From positions 29,257,134-29,321,133 of the forward strand of contig CM119263.1 in the NCBI GenBank assembly GCA_051294375.1: a stretch of DNA of 64,000 nt, read 5' to 3'. The notes beneath the pieces were generated by a model. The model ran no database searches and was not told the origin of the DNA. It saw nothing but the letters and a program-made list of their open reading frames with translations. Position 1 is the first letter of the stretch. Each line of letters starts with the position of its first letter. This DNA is from Paraspadella gotoi. Taxonomy: Eukaryota; Animalia; Chaetognatha. Position numbers and translations under genes: made by a program. Positions 1 through 15,341 of the stretch are shown in pieces.

Positions 1-809
1 TTTAGGTTCAATAACTAGAATCTCCTTTCAAAAATACGATCATTTTTGTAAAATGTTCAAACAATTTCTTTTCTATTTATGAAAGGAATTCAAGAATTTT
101 CCACTAGTTAGGGTTAATGTCTGTAACCGATTGTACAATAAACTATGTATATATAATATATATATATTATATATCTTCTCGATAAACTTTTAAGCTTCAT
201 TTCCCTCGTGTCAGGATAGACCGACGAATAGACTAATCCACTTTATATCTAAATATCTATACAACATTGCCTTTTCTGCGTCTACCAAAGCCTTAATTCA
301 TCTTTTTAAGTGAAGAAACATAAACTTCGCTTCTAATAACTTTTTTTTTACGATTATGTTTTTGAATTACGCAGTCGATTTCATGCGCAATGAACGACGA
401 CGACGACGACGACGACGATGAAGATTGAACTCAAGAGCCAGGATATTTTTACATATTCAATAGAAGCGTGGTTAGGGATAAATTAACATTACTTAAAAGA
501 AGATAATTAACGGACAGGTAAAAAACGTAGGCATGATTACGTATTCTTGTCGTAATTTATCTACTCGTACTTTAGGATTCATTTGGCCGTTTCTATTCTC
601 TTTTAATATAATCATATTAGAAAATAGAGTAAGACGATAACGATGACGACGACGACAGCGATAATAACACATTATATTATTTGTTGAGTTATTAACTAAA
701 AAGTCGGTTAACTAAATCAAATTAAACAGCGGAGGTGCAATTTCATCTTTGTTGTATATATGTTGATGATGATTATGATGATGATGATGATGATGACGAT
801 GACGATGAC

Positions 810-841
<32 letters not shown>

Positions 842-1010
842 CGATGACGATAATGAAATTTTACCGGGTTTCGAATCTACAAAAAAAGAGCAAAGTTCTT
901 CGGCCGCCTTCGTAATATTTTTTTCCTTGTAATTATCCGAGAACTAGAGAGGGAGAGAGAGACAGAGAGAGAGAAGGAGAGAGAGATAGAGAGAGAGAGA
1001 AAGAGAGAGA

Positions 1011-1059
<49 letters not shown>

Positions 1060-1580
1060 GCACCCGTAGGTGCAAAAGTTCATCATGCGAATTTGTGATT
1101 AAGGCTGAAAAAATGTCAGCTGTTGTTTCAAACGAGGATATAATTTTTTTCCTCTCACTGTGGCTTTCCGTAAAAATTAAGTTATATACGAATAGATTCT
1201 AGTTTAACGGCAGCTATTTATTTTAACATTAAAGGTTCGGAGTTGTCTATTTATCCTTGCACTTGACTTCCGTCAAGAAAGACTTGATTGAGTTGATCAT
1301 TGAATTCTTTTCATTTCGCGAGGTAAGAATCAGACGAAACCACCATGATGGAGGGCTAATCGGCCCGTCCCGCTACCGGGTTCGAACCCTGTACCTTCGA
1401 GTTTTCTGTGGCTCCAATGACCGCTGTGAAAAGTTCACAAGATTCACCTTAATTGCGGCCTCACGATAACCAGTCGGAATTTCGAATTTCGAAAAAAAAA
1501 GGAAAAAGAAAAAAAATCATGAGTTGAGCCAAACGAAGAGACTTTCACCGACTATGACGAACTTTGATCTTAAATTCGTG

Positions 1581-1774
1581 AGAGTTTGAAGCGTCAGCGA
1601 GTGAAGTGAGACTCGCTTGCGCGCTCGCGGACTATCGAATTCAGAGTTTGAAGCGTCAGCGAGGATAGAAAAGGCTCTTTCTTGCTCGCACACTCGCCGA
1701 CTATCGAACCGAGAATTTGAAGTGTCAGTGAGAAAAGTAAGACTTTCTCGCTCGCACAATCGCCGACTATCGAA
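1581..1774 (+). repeat. ~62-68-nt tandem repeat, 3 copies
   Basis: AGAGTTTGAAGCGTCAGCGA...CTCGC.GACTATCGAA recurs at 1581, 1643 and 1711. Confidence 0.8.
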
Positions 1775-2229
1775 TAGTGTTTATATTATGTATTAAAATC
1801 AATGAGTTTTCTTAATAGCCAAGGGTTCATTTTCTCAATTCTGATATTGTCTTTTTGTCAGTTTTTTGATCAGTCAGAAGTAGATTCCGCGATTACCAAG
1901 TCTAAGTTGACGTTGACATTTTCTGACATTTTTTGCGCCGTATCCTTCTTACCCACATTACCCGCCTTACCTTTGCTGCGTGATCGTAGTCTTCGGGCGT
2001 TTCTTACGTAACAGAGTGCAAAACACTCTTCCCGTCAAAGCATCGCGACAAACACGTCGCAAGGTATCTCGCTACGCCTATTGGCTGCGCGTCGACCAAT
2101 CAAAACGTGTCTTTCTTATTAATTCTGTTGATCGTTATTTTTCGTTCCACTTTTCTTCTTTTGCTTCATCTCGTCTCTCTCTCGTCATCCACTTTCCATT
2201 CAAAAGATTGTTCAGAGTTAAAACGTTCT

Positions 2230-2300
<71 letters not shown>

Positions 2301-3415
2301 ATCAATAATTCCTGCAAGACGGAGTCATCAAAATCAATCCGATTGCTGCAAAGTCAGTTGCTGCCGCTCAACGCTCATCCTCTCTTAGGGTGAGGTTGCA
2401 CATTAGGGTGAGATATAAAGCGGCAGGGTCCCGAATAAATTAGAGGCTATCGAGGTAAGGCCTTTGGACCACGGGTGGGGTCCGTGACGATTGAAATCGA
2501 TTGGCGAAGATGGGAATTTCCCCTCGGGTGAGGTTTTGTGTGGGATGAAAGGAGACGAACTTTGGCGATGAAATTTTTATTCTGGTTTCTGTTGTGATGT
2601 GAAGGCTGATGTGAAATCTTTTTACTTTTTCCTGTTTCGCGCGTATTGACGAAAATAGGAAAATAGGAAAATGGAAAATATAAATTAAAAGGAAATAGAA
2701 AAAGAAAGAAGAGATAATAAAAAAAAAGAAAGTTGATGCTGCAGAAATGAAATTAAGGATTGTCAGAGGTAAAATTGTGTAATTAAAAATGTTATTGAGA
2801 AGGAAAATGGAGCTCTAAACTTGCTTGATATCCTTTGTTAGCCTTTGCTTGCTTTATTTTTTTACTTCCCAGCTTTCTTTCCTATTTCTCACCGATAACG
2901 ACGACAAAAAATGTCATCTATTTTCTCATCTCGACGGTCATGATGACATCAAAACTGTCATCAAACGATCGAGTGACAATCGAAGACCCAAGCAGCCCGT
3001 CGTGACATCTAGACGAATATAGAGTCTGACGGAAGACAGAAAAGGACAGAACTGTCCCGCTGACATGCGAGAATGCGGGGGTGAGAGAGATGTCGTCGTC
3101 GTAGTCGTCGTCGTCGTCGTTCGTCGACAGTGCTTCACGATTTAGTTTCCTTCTATTTTATTGTCTCATTTATATTTATTACATTTATTATTTTTTTATT
3201 TAAAAAAAAATAGAGAGTCGATAAAAATATACACGAACGCTTTGCAGATATCTAAATATTTAATTTTATCAGTAAGGATGGCAATTTTTTAAGTGAAATA
3301 CACTTGAACTTAAGTTGGAGACTGTAAAGTTTAACCCTTACAAAACTTTTTTTATCTTTCTTTTTTCAATCAAGTGCTAAATCTGTTAATGCCAGCGAAT
3401 AAAACCGATCTTTCT

Positions 3416-3455
<40 letters not shown>

Positions 3456-4927
3456 TCTGCTCTCTCTCTCTCTGGCCCCTTTGCTGGTTTTGGCAAAAAT
3501 TATTCACCTCTAAATCCTTTAATACAAAAGTGATGTCTTTGCCAAGGTCAAAATCGCGAATTTGGTATTAAGAATGCCGATGAAGACGAACGATGAAGTC
3601 GACGATGACGACGACGATGATAAAGATTATGATGCTACGCTACATATTAAGCAGGACAAAAACACTAACCCTCGAAAAGGGCAGAATGAAGATTTCCCTT
3701 CCAATGTGATTACCTTCGCTAAAAAAGTAATAAAACATCGTTATACCTTGGACAGGGAACGCGGCGATCCTTTTTGTGATAATAAATGTTTTACTTAACT
3801 ATTTTTTTAAAATGGCTTTCAGAGTTCAACGCTTATCTCTCTCTTCTCTCTCTCTCATCTCCCTCTCTCTCCTCTCTCTCTCTCCTCTCTTCTCTCTCTC
3901 TCTCTCTGTATTTTCTAAGTTTAATTGATTCCATTTGAAGTGGATGTGAGAAAAAAAAATGATCTTTGATCTACTTTTGTCAACTTTAAAATAAGTTATT
4001 GGGCCTTTGTTTTGGTAAAAAACAAAACAAGAGTTGGTCATTTCAAGGCGTTGCTCGCTGAGGTGATCGCGTCTTGAAGTAATCAATTGATTCCCCATAG
4101 TATGGGAAATAAATGCAGATGACGAACCCGATAGCAGCTGTTAAAAATAGGAAAAAAAAAGGCTTATAATTTATGGAAATGAGTAAAAAAAGGTTAAACT
4201 GCCTTAACCTTTTGTAACGAATCCGAGTAAGAAGGTCAATGTATTTGTAAGCGTTGTGGTTTATATCTTAAGTAAACATCGTGGAAAGATTTGGTTTGGG
4301 GATTTGGATTCAAATTTTTAATTAGGATTAAGTTAGCAGGTTGCAAAGGGTATGTTTTCTCTACTTAATAAAAGAAAATCGATTTTAAAGTCAGTATAAT
4401 TTTTTTTTTGCATTTTTAATTTTTGTTGAGAATAACACTTTAATTTTGTTGCATTAGTAGTGTGTCTATTTTTTTATCTGTTCCTCAAATTAAGAATGCT
4501 CATCCAAAATTGTTTTTCTATTCAGCATTTTTCTAAAGCTTAAATAGAGGTGGAAGAGGTTTACCATATGTGATCGTAGATAAAAGATAGGTAGGTAATG
4601 TGAAGTGAGAACTATTCAGGAAAATATAAAAATGCGGTTTGAGGTGAAAGTGAATTGAAGTAATTAACTAGTTGATTAATTATTAGTGAATCTTTTATAT
4701 TATTAGGTTCTGCAGTTAAGAGAAGAAATGAAGGTAAAAAGAACGTGTTTTGTAATTTGTTTCCCTTATTTTTTGTTTTGTGTTTTCTTCTCTCGTTGTT
4801 CTATTGTTTTGCTTTCACTCGCGGACTGGTCGCATGCGAATATGCACTCGCCGATCTTTTGTCCCCTATTTTTCTTATGCTCTCTCTCTTCTCTCTCTCT
4901 CTTCTCTCTCATCTCTCTCTCTCTCTC

Positions 4928-4966
<39 letters not shown>

Positions 4967-5150
4967 CTCGTTCATCGATCGTAAATAGGAAAGAAAAAAA
5001 GAAACAACAAAACTTCTTTTCCTGGAGAAAAACTGTGATCGTCTTTGAATAAAAGGAACGAACAAAAAGACAAAAGGTTTCCTCCCCCCCCCCGGGGAGA
5101 GAGAGAGAGGAAAGAAAGAGAGAGAGAGAAGAGAAAGAAATAGAAGAGAG

Positions 5151-5201
<51 letters not shown>

Positions 5202-5271
5202 CAGAAGAGAATTTTTTTTTGCTTGTTTTAGATTTCCCTCCTATGCTTTCTCTTTCTCTTTTTTTTTCTCC

Positions 5272-5302
<31 letters not shown>

Positions 5303-7663
5303 GCTCTACTCTCTCTCTCTCTCTCTCTCTCTTCCTCCTCTCTCTCTCGTTTTCTCTCTCTTCTTTCTCTTTCACGTCGATTCTTCTCTCTATTTCTCTC
5401 TCTCTCTCTACATCTTTTTTTCCCTTTCTTTTTTATTTTTCAGTTTTTTTATGTTTTTAGGACTTATTTTCTTTTTATGGGTCGGGATCGGGCCGCCTGC
5501 GTGGAGAAGAGAGAGAGAGAGAGAGGAGAGAGAGGAGAGAGAGAGAGAGAGAGGGAGAGAGAGAGAGAGAGAGAGAGAGGAGAGGAGATTAAAAATTGGA
5601 AATCCTGACGTGATGGCCCAGTAAGACATTCCCTAAACGGAAGAAAGGCTCCGTGACGGTTATTGCTATTTAATATTATAATACTAAATTACAAAAATAG
5701 TTAAAATTTGAGAAAATATAAGCCTTTTTTTATGAGAATCAAACTCAGACGTACGCAACGACAGAACGTGAACAACATTTTTTTATTCATTATTAATTAG
5801 AGAATCTGCAAATAGCCCGAACAAAGTTCGAGGCGAAGAACAAAAAAAAGTTTTTGGATCTTTCCTTTGGAAGCAAATCTGCGACTCCACGGGCGTTAAG
5901 CTCATTATGATATCAACTTTTTTTGACGATAGTGGATTAAAAAAAGGAATTAATTACAATGTGTGTACCCGATGGGCAAATATTACTCAAAGACTTAGGC
6001 AAACCGCAAACGACTTTTGTCTTTTATCTCTTAAGTTGTAGTTTTTTTTTTTTAAGAAAAAGACGCACTGTGGACCAACGAACTTTGTCAACTTTATTCT
6101 CAAAGTGAAGACAGACACTTGGTATTGAAATGATGAAAAGTAGGAGAAATGAGCCTCAATTCTTTTAAATTAAGAATTAAATTAGTTTTTAGGTTTAAGA
6201 ATTAGATTAGGTTAGGATTGGTTTAAGGTTAACGTTTAGGTTATGGGGGGGATTAAGGGTTTAATGTTTTGTATCATAGTTTTGAATATATGAGGGGTAT
6301 AATGGATAAAGGAACAGAGATGGGACGCTTTTGACAAGAGAGCCGAAAAATGAAAGAGATTTTAAAACATATAGTTAAAAAATATATAAATTGAGGCTGG
6401 AAAATTTTAAATGAATTTCAAAAGATACTTGAAAAAATGGAAAGACTTAAAAAATGTAAAAATGCTTTGTGCGCAATTTCTCGCTTATCGATTGCAATCG
6501 CGATACGCAGACTCCAGATGTCGCATATTGCAATATCATTTGTTTGAGACTAACACTACATACAAACATTGCCTTTTTACCACCTTCAAAGTTTTTTCTC
6601 TGAAATTCTAGTTTAAACCGTGTTTGGTATTAAATCTCTTTGATAATAATAAATACTTAAGCCTCCCATTCATTTCTCCCACGCGATGTTTGCTTCTTTC
6701 ATTCTCTCTTCTCATTTTTAAATATTTGTTTTTTATTTTTCAGGAAATTTTCAGTTTTATGTGATTTTTTTTTTATGTCAATGATGATTCGTTCAATTTT
6801 TAGTTTATCTTATTTGTTTAATTTCAATTTTGGATTGGTTTTATTTTATTAATTTAATTCTTTTGTTTTTCCCCTTTTTTTTTGGTATTCTTACATGCCT
6901 TTCTTCGCTCGCTTGTTTTCTTCTCTCCTTCCTTCCTTCCTTCCTTCCTTCCTTCCTTCCTTCCTTCCTTCTTCCTTCCTTCCTTCCTTCCTTCGCTTTC
7001 TCCCTTCATTCCTTCTTTTTCTTCCTCCTTCTCTCGCTTCCTTCCTTCGCTCCCTATCCTTCTTCTTCAATTACATGGCCTCCCCTTTCTTTCGAATTCA
7101 CAAACTGACACCCAAAAGATTATTCGTTCACGTTGATGATTATTTGCTTTCTACCAACGTTTAATTCAGTCATGGCGGTCGGCAGATAAGAAAAAGCGAA
7201 TCCAGAAAAACTCAAAATATTTGTCTGTGGCAGAAAAAAAAGGCAAAATCTTGGAAAATACAATATTCTTCAATGAAAGAATTTTATCCAATAAGTAGTA
7301 TCACATACAGTAGTTAGAGAGAGACTCAATAAGACACTTTTTTGGGTCTGTCCGGTCTCTCTGTTTATTTATTTACCTAATCTGGTATAATTTGATAAAA
7401 GAGAATGTTTATTAAGGGGAAATATTTATCACATATAATATGCATTTTTACAGATTAATGAGAAAGGAGCCAAATGGGGAAAAAAAGAATAAGGATACTT
7501 AAAATATTGGGCTAAAAAATCAAAATGAGAGTGAAAGTTCCAAGATTAGTTGATTAAAAGATGAAAGCATCCCTAGTTTTTTTTTTAAACTCCCCATCCT
7601 ACTCCAAATTTCCATCCCTTTTCCCTCCACCTCCATCCCCACCTCTCCGCCGCTGCACTCCAG

Positions 7664-7825
7664 GTGTTGTTAGCAAGGGGGTTCGAAAACTCTCGCACCT
7701 GCTGGACGATGCCGTCGCCATTCCACGGGAGAAAGGCAACTTCTCGCGCCTCGGCGACGCTGAGTCAACTGCGGCACCTCATCGCTAAAAGTCCAGGCTG
7801 CGGCTGCGGAACGATGAGGCTCGAG
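7664..7825 (+). pseudogene. Indel-ridden second copy of the TENT5 exon 17549-17698 (probably assembly duplication rather than a real paralog)
   Basis: Nearly the same sequence as 17549-17698 (cag|gtgttg...gctcgag|gtaagg) with multiple 1-3 nt insertions. It lies inside a larger duplicated block bounded by a 25-N gap. Confidence 0.7.
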
Positions 7826-8480
7826 GTAAGGGAAGCGAAAGGGTGGGGGTTTGGTGGGTAAGGGATGTGGCTCGAGGTAAGGGAAAAGCAAAGGGTAAGG
7901 GATGATGCTTGCGAGGTAAGGGAAGCAAAGGGGGTAAGGGGATGATGGGCTCGAGGTAAGGAAGCAAAGGGTAAGATGATGGGCTCGAGGTAAGGGAAGC
8001 AAAGGGGTAAAGGATGAATGGCTCGAGGTAAGGGAAGGCAAAGGGGTAAGGGTGATGGGCTCGAGTAAAGGGAAGCAAAAAGGGGTAAGGGATGAAATGG
8101 GCTGCGAGGTAAGGGAAGCAAGGGGTAAGGGATTGAAGGGGGGGGGGCTCGATGGTAAGGGAAGCAAAGGGGGTAAGGGATGATGGGCTCGAGGTAAAGG
8201 GAAGCAAGGGGTAAGGGATGATGGGCTCGAGTAAGGGAAGCGAAGGGGGTAAGGGATGATGGGCTCGAGGTAAGGAGCGGGGTGGGATGATGGCCTCGAG
8301 GTAGGGAGCAAGGGGTGGGATGATGGGCTCGAGTAGGGAAGCAAAGTGGGTAGGGATGATGGGCTGAGGTAAGGGAAGCAAAGGGGGTAAGGATGATGGG
8401 CTCGAGGTAGGGAAGCAAGGGAAGGATGATGAGCTTGAGGTAATGGAAGCGAAGGGGGTAGGGATGATGGGGCTGGAGGT
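7813..8480 (+). repeat. Noisier duplicate of the 39-nt donor-site minisatellite
   Basis: Same unit as 17686-18345, inside the duplicated block. Confidence 0.9.
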
Positions 8481-8803
8481 GATGGGGAAAAAAAAAAAAA
8501 TAAATTTTCCGAAGTAAAGGAGGTTTTAAATAGGAAAAAACGGAAAAAACCCCCTTGGCAAGAGGGCGCGAGATAAGTTACAGGGAAGTAACGTGTCCGT
8601 TAAAAAGGTATTGAGGTCGGCCACGTGGGGTGGCGAGGCCGCCAAAAAAGAGGGCGTTTAATGGCGGACGATCAATTAGGGGCCGTCCTCAATAAGAAGA
8701 AGGGAGGAGAGTTATCAGGGGNNNNNNNNNNNNNNNNNNNNNNNNNCAAAATCCGAATTTTGGTATTAAGAATGCCGATGAAGACGACGATGAAGTCGAC
8801 GAT

Positions 8804-8850
<47 letters not shown>

Positions 8851-10030
8851 TGATAAAGATTATGATGACTACGCTACATATTACAGGACAAAAAAATAAC
8901 CTCGAAAGGGCAGAATGAAGATTCCCCTTCCAAGTTGATTACCTTCGCTAAAAAAGTAAATAAAACCTCGTTAACCTTTGGACAGGGAACGCGCGATCCT
9001 TTTTTGTGATAATAAATGTTTTACTTAACTATTTTTTAAAATGGCTTGCAGAGTTCAACGCTTATCTCNNNNNNNNNNTGTATTTCTTAAGTTTAATTGA
9101 TTCCATTTGAAGTGGATGTGAGAAAAAAAAATGATCTTTGATCTACTTTTGTCAACTTTAAAATAAGTTATTGCCTTTTGTTTTGTAAAAAAAACAAACA
9201 AGAGTTGGTCAATTCAAGGCGTTGCTCCGCTGAGGTGATCGCGTCTTGAAGTAATCAATTGATTCCCCAAGTATGGAATAAATGCAGATGACGAACCCGA
9301 TAGCAGCTGTAAAAAATAGGAAAAAAAAGGCTTATAATTTATGGAAATGAGTAAAAAAAAGTTTAAAACTCTTAACCTTTTGTAACGAATCCGAGTAAGA
9401 AGGTCAATGTATTTGTAAGCGTTTGTGTTTATATCTTAAGTAAACATCGTGGAAAGATTTGTTTGGGATTTGATTCAAATTTAATTAGATTAAGTAGCAG
9501 GTGCAAGGGTATGTTTTCTCTACTTAATAAAAGAAAATCGATTTTAAAGTCACGTATAATTTTTTTTTTTTTGCATTTTTAATTTTTGTTGAGAATAACA
9601 CTTTAATTTTGTTGCATTAGTAGTGTGTCTATTTTTTTAATCTGTTCCTCAAAATTAGAATGCTCATCCAAAATTGTTTTTCTATTCAGCATTTTTACTA
9701 AAGCTTAAATAGAGGTGAGAGGTTACAATATGTGATCGGAGATAAAAGAATAGGAGGTAATGTGAAGTGAGAACTATTCAGGAAATATAAAATCGTTTGA
9801 GGTGAAGTGAATTGAAGTAATAAACTATTGATTAATTATTATGAATTCTTTTATTATTATTAGGTTCTCAGTAAGAAGAAAATGAAGTAAAAAGAACGTA
9901 GTTTTGTAATTTTGTTTCCTTATTTTTGTTTTGTGTTTTTTTCTTCTCTCGTTGTTCTATTGTTTTGCTTTCACTCGCGACTGTCGCATCGAATATGCAC
10001 TCGCCGATCTTTTGTCCCCTATTTTTCTTA

Positions 10031-10089
<59 letters not shown>

Positions 10090-10285
10090 CAAAATCTTCG
10101 CGATTCACTCCTATCGTTAAATATGGAAAGGAAAAAAAAGAACAGAAGAACAACAAAACTTCTTTCCTGGTGAGAAAACATGTGATCCTTTTTGGAATAA
10201 AAGGGAACGAACAATAAAGACAAAAGGTCCCCGGGAGAGAGAGAGAGTAAGAAAGAGAGAGATCGAGAGAGGAGAGGAGAGAAAC

Positions 10286-10334
<49 letters not shown>

Positions 10335-10407
10335 CAGAGCAGGATTTTTTTTTGCTTGTTTGTAGATTATCTCCCTATCTTTCTCTTTTCTCTTTTTTTC
10401 TCCCTCT

Positions 10408-10451
<44 letters not shown>

Positions 10452-13400
10452 CATTCTCATGGGTATACTCGAGCATTCGCGGCGAGGAAGCCACGGTGTC
10501 CGGCCACCGAGGCCTTTTTGTCCACGCATGGCCGGACCACCGTCGACCGTGCCAATCTTTTGCCGCCGCGGACTCAGGGTCGCGGATCGAGAGGAAATAA
10601 TCTTCTTGATCCGCGAGAATTCTTTTTACTTAGTTTTCTTATGATAATATATTATATTAAATAATTAAAAAAAAATTTTTAAAACCTGTATAAATAGATT
10701 CAACCTTTGAAAGTTGAAACCAAAGCAAAGAATTGTTGCAATTTATTTTATATAGTTTTATAATTTTTTTAAATATTATGTATCATTTTTGGCCAAAAAG
10801 ACGTCGCACATAATATAAAATAACTTTTGGAATACAAGTGAACTAAAAACTGGCCATTTTGAAAGAGAGAGAGTTAAACTTAATTACAATGTTTGAATTG
10901 TTTAACATTGTTCGTTTTTCAAGATTATTTATTTTGGCTGACGACGATTAAGATTTTATTTTTAATATTAAATTAGTTAATAAGCGATGATTAAAATAAA
11001 TAAAAGGTAAAAAAAAAACCCCCTTTGTTTTACCAATTATGAAAAAAATTTAAAACAGAGCACAAAATTAAAACTATTTAATTAAAATAAGTAAAAATGT
11101 TTGCTTTTTGTTCTAAAATTTTAAAGAAACTAACGAATTAAACAGAAACCAGCAATCAGTCCTGAGTTGGTTTGCTGCGCTGTGATTTCTCTTCACTAAA
11201 ATTTCCTTTTATAATAATAAATACTTTTACAACTAATATAAAAATTATCGCCGTTCATTTAATAAAATAAGCTATCTTGCCCCTTGACTTTTGCGACAGG
11301 CTTTGGTGGCTTAAGCGCCTTCCATCACTCTTACAAGATAAATGATCTATGGCCAGTAGTTTTAAATTTAAAACACTATCAATAAAAACAAAATAATTTT
11401 TTCATCAACTAAACATTTTAGTTTGATTTTATTATCGCTTTTTAATTTTTAATTGGATTAAGCTAAAATATAATTTTTGTGAAAAAAAAGTCTAGCAAAG
11501 TTTTTAAACTATTATCTTTTGTCTGGGAAAGCTGTCTTGTGCCAAATTTGTTTTATGATAGAGGTCGCCTTTTTACTAGGAGTGGAGCAATAGCTGACAA
11601 CAAAAGCCCGAGCAAACAGTTTCAGTTAAAAAATATTTAAATACCCAATAAAACAAATGAAAATTTAAAAAAAAAAAAATAAACAAAAATTATAGGAAAA
11701 AGGAATATAGTCAGAAAATTCAAAAATCATGGAAGATAGAAAATTTAAAAAATTTAAATAATAAAAAGAAATTAAAATCTAAATGAATAGGGTTGTTAAT
11801 TTTATTTCACTTAATTGCGTGATTTCGGCAGTTGCTAATTTACTTTATTTTTTTTAATTTAATTAACTTTCTTTCTTTTCTTCTTCTTGAATATCTCTGT
11901 TTTTTTTCTTCTTTCCTTATTTCATTTCCTTCCTTTTTCTTTTTTCATTAATTTGGTTTTATTATTTTCTGTTTATAGTCTTTTATTCTTTTTTTGGGAT
12001 ATGATAAATGCGACTAACGAATCAGATGCCACCGTGAGAGGGAAGAGTAAGGAGAAGAGGAGGAAATGACCCGTCGGTGGTCAGGTTCGGGACAGCCGTT
12101 CCGCCGACCTTGAGGCCGCAGACGCGAGGAGGCAACACATAGCCGGCGAGCCCGCGAAAACAATAGAGAGTGACGAAAATTGGGATCCGCGAACTCAAGT
12201 TATATGCCTCCTCTCTCTCTCTCTCTTCTCTCGTCTCTCTTTCTTCTCTCTCTGCTCTTCGTCTAATTTCTCTTCTCTTCTCTTCTCTCTTTTTTTCTTT
12301 TCTTCTTTTAAGTTTTTCAGTTTTTATGCTTTTTAGGAACTTTATTTTCTTTTGTTTATGGTCGAATACGCGCCGCCTGCGTGGAAGAGTGAGAGCAGAG
12401 AGAGAGAGGCAGAGAGAGGGCAGATGTGAGGAGAGAGAGGAGATGAAGGGAGAGAGGAGACTGCAGATGAGAGAGGAGAGCGAGGGAGCAGAGGAGAGAG
12501 AGCATATAATAAATTTTGGGATAATCCTGAGGGCGCGGGTCGATATTGCTGTGCTGGACAAGTAAACAGGTTTCCCTAAACTCGTGGCAAGGAAATGGCC
12601 TCCTGTCTGCCATTGGGCATCGTGATCGTGATTGCCGTATTTAAACGGTATCAGATGTTTATAATACCCTAAATTAAAAAAACGTTAGTCTTTAAAAATT
12701 TAGAAAGATCATTAGCCTTTTTCTACTTCGAGACCTTTCAAACCCGTCAGACCGTAACGCCACACGACAGAAGTCGTTGACAAACTACTTTTTTTTAATT
12801 CATGTATTAATAGAGAATCTGCAAATTAGCGAACAAAGTTCGCTTTGTTGATATGCCCGGCGAAGACAAGACGAAAAAAAAAGTGGAAGTATCTTTTCCT
12901 TTGGAACAAAATCCTGTGCGACTTCCACTGGCGTGTTAAGGTCATCTTCATGATCTCAACTTTGTCTTTTTGTCACGTCACGATAGCTGATTTAAAAAAA
13001 AGGCAATTATATTATCAAGTGTGTTATTGTACCCGATGTGCAAATATTACTCAAAGAACTTTTAGGCAAACCGCAAACGGACTTTGTCTTATCTTCTTAA
13101 GTGGTAAGGGTTTTTTTTTTTAAGAAAAAAAAAGACCAACTGTGGCAACACACGAACTTCTTGTCTATCACCACGTTCACGGTTCTCATTCTCACAAGAG
13201 GAAAAGGACAGCACTTTGCGTATTGAAGATGACATGAAAAAAGTAGTGGAGTAGTTAAGATAATTGAGGCCTCAATTCTTTTAATTTAAGGAAATTTAAA
13301 TTAGTTTTTTAGGTTTTTAAGATTAGATTAGGTTCGGATATGCGCGTGTTAGTATTTAACACATCTTTATAGCCCCGTAGGATTTAGACCAGTGATAGAT

Positions 13401-15307
13401 GTTTGTTATCATGAGAGGTTTTGAACATATCAGAGTCTCGCGCGCTGATTAACAAGGCAGATGATATCGGAAGCGCCACAGAATGATGGGACGCTTGTTC
13501 GGTACAAGGGAGAGACCACAAAAAATGAAATGAGAATTTTTACCATGTGAACATAGTATAAGTAAAAAACAAATTTTTAACTCAAAGCTCATAAAAATTA
13601 AGAGAGAAAAAAAAAGGAACTCGGGAGGACAAATTTAAATGGAAATGACTGTCCACCGACAAAATTTCCAAAAGCGATAGGCGGTTTGCTAAAAAAAAAA
13701 TGGTATAAGACTTTAAAAAATGTATAAAATGCTGTTGTAGCGCAATTTCTCGCTTATCGATTCCGCGAATCGGCACTTTGGCCCCAATGCACCAGCAACT
13801 GCGACGATGCTTCATATTCATAATCAGTTGCTTTGAGTTACAAACACTTAACATGACAAACATTGCCAGGCCCCTAAGTTAAATATTAACCACCTTATAC
13901 AAAGTTGCTCTCTTCTACTCAAATGCAAATTCATGAATGAGAACGCCAATGTGTGGACCAGAGAAAAAAGAAATGATAATGTGAACATACATACTTTATG
14001 ATAAATAAAAATAAAGACCTCACTATAAAGACTCTGCAGACTATTTCAATTTAAGTCTCCCAACCGACAATCCTGGTAAATGGGGATGAATGTATGCTTC
14101 TATCATTGTCTGTCCAATCTTCTCATTTGAAAAATATAGGTTGTTTTTTAATTTAATTCAAAAGTGTGAGGAATATTTCAGTTGTATATGTGATTATTAT
14201 TTATTTTTAGAGGAAAAGTCTCCGTATTTAGGGATAACATGAATGAAGATTCGTGCCAAATTTGTCGTTTTATCCTGGACAGTAGTGTTGTTATAATTGT
14301 CAATTCATTCTCTAGGAGGAAAAGGAGCGTTTTATTTTACTTAATTCGTATTCTTTTTGTTTGTTCGACCCTGATGATGATAGTGATTGCATATCTGAAC
14401 ATGATCGACGATGAGTCTTAAACATATGGCCTGTGAACTAAAACAAAAAAAAAAAAAAAAAAGACCTGCTTTTCTTTGTTTTCTCTAACTTCTCTTTCGA
14501 AACATGGTCACAACGTGTGCTAATAGTCTATGCTTTCTTTTTCTATTTCTCCTCTCTTCCTTCCTTGCCTTTCCACTTTCCTTTCCTTCCTTCCCTTCCT
14601 TCCTTTCTCCCTTCATTCCTTCTTTCTGCCCTTCCCATCTCCATCCATTATATAACTCTACAAGCGTCACATATCATCAAAATCTGCGTTCTAAAACCAA
14701 TCCTGGCTCCCTTAACCGTATGGCCCTTCTCATGCAATTTCAGATGCTGCCTCCCTTTCTTTCGAAATGTCTAGACAACCAGCATCACGAGTGAAGAGCG
14801 AACCAAAAGAAATGATTATATCTCGATCAGCATTATCAAACTGTGCAAATAGAATATACTCGTTATATCCTTCTTCTTCTCGGGTGCCCCCCCCGTTTAC
14901 ATTTGTCCACTTCATCCGCCCCCCTGGGTCTTCTCTTACTAGTCTTGGCTTCTTTCTCGGATCATTACAGCTTAAGGGAAAAACGGAGCGCGCGAGAAGA
15001 GGAAGCTTGCTCAAAAAGTATTTGGTCTGTGCACGAAAACAATTAATGGCCGGCTGGACGGAATTCGGTTGGAAGGGCGAAAATACAGTAGAGGAGTGTC
15101 ATGTGTCAATGAAGAGGCTTACATGTGGCGTATCACATTAGTCAGTATCACCATTACAGTACGTTAGGGTGAGGACGAGACTCAAATAAGACACTTCTTC
15201 TGCTGGTCTGCTCGGTCTCTCTGTTTATTTATTTACCTGATCTGCTTGGATATGATGTATCGTCGTCTCACTGTGACCCCCTNNNNNNNNNNNNNNNNNN
15301 NNNNNNN

Positions 15308-15341
<34 letters not shown>

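Noticed and set aside
735-5629. Many 60-140-aa ORFs (SLSLSL, ERERER, DDDD)
   Set aside because: Translations of (CT)n/(GA)n/(GAT)n microsatellites.
7670-8418. ~200-aa Pro/Leu-rich ORFs (also 17557-18286)
   Set aside because: Antisense translations of the 39-nt minisatellite.
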